Source: Erysipelothrix larvae (GTDB taxonomy: Bacteria > Bacillota_I > Bacilli_A > Erysipelotrichales > Erysipelotrichaceae). From it: a stretch of 32,000 nucleotides of DNA. The notes below the pieces were generated by a model that was not told the origin of the DNA, did no database searches, and saw nothing but the letters and a program-made list of their open reading frames with translations. Position 1 is the first letter of the stretch. The number at the start of each line of letters is the position of its first letter. Made by a program: the position numbers and the translations under genes. Below, piece by piece: positions 27,397-32,000 of this stretch. Location: the NCBI RefSeq assembly GCF_001545095.1, contig NZ_CP013213.1, positions 1,830,001 through 1,862,000 of the forward strand. The letters run 5' to 3'.

Positions 27397-27415
27397 TATG
27401 ACAAATGATGTCATA
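27397..27415. promoter_or_regulatory. Perfect 7-5-7 palindrome TATGACA-aatga-TGTCATA, a candidate operator
   Basis: It lies 67-85 nt upstream of the 259-aa gene start and immediately upstream of a minus-strand TATAAT at 27382-27387. Confidence 0.35.
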
Positions 27416-28061
27416 GTATAAATGTTAATGTAAATATATAAATATACTCATTTCCATTTCCAGGAATGCAAAAATAAATCTTCACTGAAGGGTTAATAGA
27501 CTTTACTTGGATCTTGCTCAAAACACAATATCCTAGGGTAAAGCAATCTTGGGGTCACCTCATACTTTAAAGAGGTTTGGGAATCCCTAATTTATATATG
27601 TTACAATCTCACTATTTCGAATGCTAATTCTACAAAATGTCTATTCTTTTGTTAAGAATCTATAATTGTCTTCATAAGATTCTTTTTTGAAAACCTTGAA
27701 CTTTTCATTTTTTAATAAATATAATGACGTCCAAACTGTTGGATAGTAATTCAAATATTCCACCATACACCTTTCAGTGGAGTAAAAGAGTATAATAAAC
27801 AAATACATACAGAAAATAATTGTGCAAAATCTCAATTAAAATGAGCATTGTTTATAGTTATTGCTCAAATTGAGAGAAATTGATTCTCCGTTGTACGAGC
27901 ACAAGATTACTTTCTCAGCAGTGATAAACACCTTTAGACATTTAATTTTGAAAGTAAACAAAATATTGCCTTTTCCAACTTTCTTACACAACATATATCA
28001 AATCTGGAAACAATAGTCTATAATTATCATTAAGAAAACAATTTAAAGATTGGAGATTATT

Positions 28062-30557
28062 ATGGATAGTTTCAAAAAATGTGACTTACACATGCATTCT
28101 AGTTCCTGCTACAGTAGAGGCTATGACAAAACCAGTTTTATCAATAAATTGAAGAATGAACCACTTTTAGATGTTATTTCAATCACAGATCATAATGTAG
28201 TAGATGTATCGTTGTATAAAGAACTTAAGAAAGAAATCCCAGAGTTATATTTGATAGGTGGCGTAGAACTTAATATAGCAATAGATGAAGAAATAGTTAA
28301 CAAACATAGTTTGTATGTACAGAATAATTATTTTCATGGAATAGTTTGGTTTTCATATGCAGATATAGATATATTTTGGGTTCAACTAAAAAAACTTCTA
28401 GAATCTAAAAATATTGAAGTTGATGAAGCAGATATAAAAACAACCTCAAAGAGGACTGAAGGGATTTACTTCGAACTGAGTTCCATTCAAAATATATTCA
28501 AGAATATTGACTATTACTTGGTTTTTCATGAATGTAAAAGTGATAGAAATTTATCAGATTATTTACCTAATACAAAAGATGGGGAAGCCTATGATCCAAA
28601 CATAAAATATAAACATAATTTATTTTACTATAATAATAAGTATGCTATTGAAGGTGGGAAGAAAACAAGAGTGATTAGCAATTATTTTGAAAATCAATTA
28701 AATACACTTTTGGCGAGATTTTTCTTTTCTGATGCTATAGAATTGAAAGATATCGGAACTAAATTCTCTTGGATTAATTTTGATGGCGAATTTGAATCAC
28801 TTGTTCTTCCTTTATCAGATCCCGAAAGTAGAATTTTCACTTCTTATGATAAGAGTGTTAATCCTCAGTCAAATCGAGAGAATTATTTAGAGGAAATCAA
28901 AATTACCATGAAAAATTCTAAAGACAAAACATCAAAGGAAACTATTCTGACATTTTCCCCATCACTTAACGGGATTATTGGATCAAGAGGATCGGGGAAA
29001 TCACTATTAGGTAGTGTCCTTGGCAACAAAAATGTGGATAATTACAATAACTATGTAGATCATTCTTCAACATTATATAAAGTAAAAGGAAAAAAATATC
29101 AGAATAACTCCCCTAAATCTAAGTACTTGTCTCAAAATAGTTTATTGAATATATATAACGATGGAGACGTTAAGGAAATCGATTTCATTAAAGAATTGTG
29201 CAGCCAAATGGAGGATGATATCTCTAAACAAACTGCTAGTTTTATTGCTAAATCTAAGAAAATGCTTTTAAAAGAAAAAAATCTAATAGATACTATGGAC
29301 ATTAGCAAAATATTTAATTTGGATGATATTTCCTTTCTAGAGAAAAGTGTAAATGATGAATTTATGATACCCACACTAAAAAGAGATGATTTCGAAGACA
29401 ACAAAGAACGAATACGCAAATTTTCTGAGAATAATGTAACACTTATCTCAAATCTTATGAGCACTTTGATAAATGTGAAAAAAATAGAACATCCGAAAAT
29501 TAAATACGTAGAAATGAATGAATTTGATGATATTGTTGATGATTTTAAGGCAACGTTCGCTGATATGGCAACACAGTTAATTGATTATGTCGAAGAAACC
29601 AACACAAAAATTAGTGAATTAAGTTTAGAGAACATTCATGTCAGAGAAAAACTAATTGAGGAGTTAATATCAAAAATAGAATTTGGGAATAAAAAAAGTG
29701 ATTCAGAGGCTCAGGATTTTGTTACATCAAGAAGCAATGCTATAAATCAGTTAAATAAAATTACCAGTTTTAGGACATTTATTCAAGAATCATACGACTA
29801 CATTGAAAATTTAACAGAGGAGTTGAAAAATGAGAAAAGTAGTGGTGAAATAACCGTAAACACAACTGATAAATTGATTATTTCAACTTCAATTGAAGAT
29901 AGCAATAGTTATTGTGATACTATTTCAACTCAATTAAAAATCCAAAACAGCGAGAAATATAATGAATACATGGTAAAAATTCTGCTTTCATATAATGAAA
30001 TTGATAAGCTCAGGGCACATTTTAATGGAAATAAATATAAACCAACTAGTCTTAAATCTTCTTCACAGTACTTGAATAAGTATTTTTCCAATGTCGAGCA
30101 AAGTATTAATTCGGTAAATGAATTTATTTTTAAATTGTACTTTAATGGAAAAGAGTTAAATAATTATTCTCCTGGGAAGAAATCTGAAATTTTACTAGAT
30201 ATATTCTTGGATAAAGCTATATTGAGCCAGGAATATTTATATATTATACTGGATCAACCTGAAGATAATATGGACACAAAAACAATTACTGATAAACTAA
30301 TAAATAGAATAAGACAGTTAAAATTAGATATACAGCTCTTTGTGATAAGTCACTCAGCTGCAGTCATTATCAATGGTGATTCTGATAACCTTATATTTGC
30401 ATCTGAAAATGATAATACTCTATCTTACAGTTCTGGAAGAATTATTGATGCATCAATGAAAAAGAGTATTGTAGATACATTAGATGGTGGAGAAAAAAAT
30501 CTAAAAATGCGTTTAACTAAGTATGATTTCAAACTAAAGGAGACAGTTAATGATTAG
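28062..30557 (+). CDS. PHP-domain phosphoesterase fused to a Rad50/SbcC-like ABC-type ATPase with a coiled-coil insert
   Basis: I used the ATG at 28062 (SD GGAGA 5 nt upstream); the track start at 28050 is a TTG. PHP motifs are CDLHMHS, ITDHN and GGVELN. The ATPase motifs are Walker A GSRGSGKS (28980-29003), signature-like SPGKKSE (30168-30188), Walker B YIILDQPED (from 30240) and H-loop VISHS. About 330 aa of heptad-like sequence rich in K, E and N lies between Walker A and the signature motif. Confidence 0.8.
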   Translation: MDSFKKCDLHMHSSSCYSRGYDKTSFINKLKNEPLLDVISITDHNVVDVSLYKELKKEIPELYLIGGVELNIAIDEEIVNKHSLYVQNNYFHGIVWFSYADIDIFWVQLKKLLESKNIEVDEADIKTTSKRTEGIYFELSSIQNIFKNIDYYLVFHECKSDRNLSDYLPNTKDGEAYDPNIKYKHNLFYYNNKYAIEGGKKTRVISNYFENQLNTLLARFFFSDAIELKDIGTKFSWINFDGEFESLVLPLSDPESRIFTSYDKSVNPQSNRENYLEEIKITMKNSKDKTSKETILTFSPSLNGIIGSRGSGKSLLGSVLGNKNVDNYNNYVDHSSTLYKVKGKKYQNNSPKSKYLSQNSLLNIYNDGDVKEIDFIKELCSQMEDDISKQTASFIAKSKKMLLKEKNLIDTMDISKIFNLDDISFLEKSVNDEFMIPTLKRDDFEDNKERIRKFSENNVTLISNLMSTLINVKKIEHPKIKYVEMNEFDDIVDDFKATFADMATQLIDYVEETNTKISELSLENIHVREKLIEELISKIEFGNKKSDSEAQDFVTSRSNAINQLNKITSFRTFIQESYDYIENLTEELKNEKSSGEITVNTTDKLIISTSIEDSNSYCDTISTQLKIQNSEKYNEYMVKILLSYNEIDKLRAHFNGNKYKPTSLKSSSQYLNKYFSNVEQSINSVNEFIFKLYFNGKELNNYSPGKKSEILLDIFLDKAILSQEYLYIILDQPEDNMDTKTITDKLINRIRQLKLDIQLFVISHSAAVIINGDSDNLIFASENDNTLSYSSGRIIDASMKKSIVDTLDGGEKNLKMRLTKYDFKLKETVND

Positions 30558-30843
30558 AATAAATGAAGATGAAAAAGTAATTATTAGTTATGATAGTAAA
30601 GATTATTGCTTGAAAGATAAGGAACAATATAAACAATTCGTTATTAAGCTAACTGATCCAATTACAGATTTTCACAAAGATAACCTAGAAATAGACGAAA
30701 GTGTCCAAGACCCTAGATTAAAAAGTATTTGTGAAAAGTACAAGCAATTTTTTTCAGCTTATTTGGATGATAAAAATAATATTATTCAGAAAGCGAAATC
30801 CGAATTTTCCAAATTTAAGGAAGAGAATGAGCAAACAAAATAG
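30550..30843 (+). CDS. Small 97-aa charged protein, translationally coupled to the PHP-ATPase
   Basis: Its ATG overlaps the upstream TAG by 8 nt (aATGATTAG). The SD AAGGAGA lies 7 nt upstream, inside the upstream gene. It has no TM segment and I recognise no family. Confidence 0.65.
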   Translation: MIRINEDEKVIISYDSKDYCLKDKEQYKQFVIKLTDPITDFHKDNLEIDESVQDPRLKSICEKYKQFFSAYLDDKNNIIQKAKSEFSKFKEENEQTK

Positions 30844-31195
30844 ATTTTTGAATAATTAATGATTTGATACAAAATTTTTGATCACCTAGAGAGCGGTGGT
30901 AAAAACATATTAGGCAAAATAACCCTGTTTGTTGATTTTGTACCACTCAATATCTGTCAGCATCAAGGTGAAATAATGGAACACAAAGCAGATAAACATA
31001 CCAAAATAAAAGGTATTTGATTATTTTTGATTAATTGACAGATACATTTGTTACTAGAAATATTATAGTTCTCTACAAAACATTCTCAAAAATATCATGA
31101 TTACAAAACTTGTTATATGATATAAAGTCATTCTTTAATGAGTTTTAAATAAATATTTTTACTTCACGGCAAAATTTTTTTTCGATTTGTACACT

Positions 31196-31228
31196 AAAAT
31201 CCCAACCCTTGTGCTTAAGAGTTGGGAC
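31196..31228 (-). terminator. Rho-independent terminator after the 60-aa gene
   Basis: The minus strand reads TCCCAACTCTT-AAGCAC-AAGGGTTGGGA followed by TTTTAG. This is an 11-bp stem with one G-U pair. Confidence 0.65.
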
Positions 31229-31245
31229 TTTATGCATAATAATCA

Positions 31246-31428
31246 CTAGAAGTATTGATTGTTCAATATAGAATCTTCGTCTGGTCTTGAGATATCATCG
31301 AGTCGGTCTGAGAAGAAACAGTAAAGTAGAAATTCTGCTTCAAGTCGTGTGAGCCCAGTTTTGACTAATCGTCTGATGAGTTCTTCTTCTGGTGACTTAT
31401 CAAAAAAATCGAGATTTGACAAATCCAT
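31246..31428 (-). CDS. Small acidic 60-aa protein of unknown function
   Basis: It has a strong SD (AAAAGGAGGTGCTGT-ATG) and its own candidate promoter and terminator. Confidence 0.6.
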   Translation of the reverse strand: MDLSNLDFFDKSPEEELIRRLVKTGLTRLEAEFLLYCFFSDRLDDISRPDEDSILNNQYF

Positions 31429-31513
31429 ACAGCACCTCCTTTTCTATAATAACAATTCGTTTAAAACCTAATCTTATTTTAGGAAGTGCAGTATCAGTTG
31501 TATTTACACCTTT

Positions 31514-31543
31514 ATTTTATCATTAATTTGTTAGGGTGTTCAA
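31514..31543 (-). promoter_or_regulatory. Candidate sigma-A promoter: TTGAAC, 18 nt spacer, TAAAAT
   Basis: On the minus strand the -35 is at 31538-31543 and the -10 at 31514-31519, about 85 nt upstream of the 60-aa gene ATG. Confidence 0.4.
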
Positions 31544-31566
31544 CTGATAAATTAACGCTTTACCGA

Positions 31567-32000
31567 TTATCGATAAAGCGTTAGGTAGTCTTTGCGTACA
31601 CATACGTGCAAGGAGTTTAATCTTCCAGCAAATTCTCCGTCTTTGTTCCACGAGTATTCTCGTTTGGATTCAAAGCGAATATCTTTTCCTTTTGTTTGAA
31701 TAAACAGTTCGTTGTCATATTGCTTCATGACAAGCGATAACAATAGATTTCTGAAGTCCTTGTGTTTCTTGGGTTTTCGAATTAACATCAACTCAAATTC
31801 ACCATCATTAAAGGATACTTCAGGAAGTTGAATCACGGTTCCTAATGAGTTTGAATTTGAAATACCACCAAATACAAACTGACCTTCATACACTTCATCA
31901 TCACAGGTTACTTTCATATCATAGGTTCTAATCTTAAGAAAATAGAATGTGAATATCCCATACAACCAATATGCAATGTGTCCAAAGATATTCTTGAGTT
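31567..32000 (-). CDS. Diacylglycerol/lipid kinase family protein (YegS/BmrU-like), C-terminal part (5' end beyond the window)
   Basis: The frame is open to the right edge: ...LKNIFGHIAYWLYGIFTFYFLKIRTYDMKVTCDDEVYEGQFVFGGISNSNSLG...FNDGEFELMLIR. This is the typical C-terminal half of DagK-family kinases. The track's M at 31965 is an internal TTG. Confidence 0.7.
   Translation of the reverse strand, partial: LKNIFGHIAYWLYGIFTFYFLKIRTYDMKVTCDDEVYEGQFVFGGISNSNSLGTVIQLPEVSFNDGEFELMLIRKPKKHKDFRNLLLSLVMKQYDNELFIQTKGKDIRFESKREYSWNKDGEFAGRLNSLHVCVRKDYLTLYR

Noticed and set aside
27641-27835. 64-aa minus-strand ORF in the gap upstream of the PHP-ATPase operon
   Set aside because: It has a TTG start without an SD. 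The internal ATG has an SD-like GGTG only 1 nt away. There is no supporting signal, so I treat it as non-coding.
29132-29464. 110-aa minus-strand ORF
   Set aside because: It is antisense within the coiled-coil region of the PHP-ATPase gene. Its Ser/Leu/Ile-rich product mirrors the K/E/N-rich sense frame.
28062-30557. Considered calling the 831-aa protein DNA polymerase III alpha (PHP) or SbcC
   Set aside because: It is too short and has no polymerase palm or fingers sequence after the PHP region. SbcC lacks a fused PHP domain and is paired with SbcD, which is absent here.
30976-31020. 14-aa plus-strand mini-ORF with AAGGTGA upstream
   Set aside because: It is too short, and there is no independent evidence for it.
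1-32000. Scan for CRISPR arrays, tRNA or rRNA genes, and invertible-promoter inverted repeats upstream of the two loci
   Set aside because: I saw no regularly spaced direct repeats, no cloverleaf-like GC-rich segments, and only short AT-only palindromes of no clear significance.

Overview
AT-rich window that looks like a low-GC Firmicute. All calls rest on motif recognition, because no database search was possible. Apart from one operon, everything is on the minus strand.

Layout from left to right:
- 1-822: 5' part of an IS21-family istA transposase, running off the left edge.
- 1486-11321: Wzy-type polysaccharide locus 1 with 9 genes: initiating phosphoglycosyl transferase (PGT), DUF4422, glf, three glycosyltransferases (GTs), wzy, UDP-GlcA 4-epimerase-like gene and ugd.
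- 12000-12956: a stand-alone 318-aa orphan gene with its own promoter and terminator.
- 13320-26031: Wzy-type polysaccharide locus 2 with 11 genes: a second, closely related PGT, a WchF-like rhamnosyltransferase, wzy, two GT2 genes, a CapE/FnlA-like dehydratase, an unknown 294-aa protein, an acyltransferase and rfbA-C-B-D.
- 26068-31566: a very AT-rich islet of orphan genes.
- 31567-32000: 3' part of a diacylglycerol-kinase-family gene.

The best candidate for an undescribed system is the only plus-strand operon, at 28062-30843. It encodes an 831-aa fusion of a PHP phosphoesterase with a Rad50/SbcC-like ABC ATPase that carries a long coiled-coil insert. A translationally coupled 97-aa ORF follows it.

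Other points of interest:
- The two PGT genes are direct repeats that bracket locus 2.
- No Wzx flippase or chain-length regulator is present in the window.
- G7/T8 homopolymer tracts sit at translation-initiation regions in locus 2.
- A T5 tract separates a well-signalled ATG from the orphan 318-aa reading frame.

I saw no rRNA, tRNA or CRISPR array.
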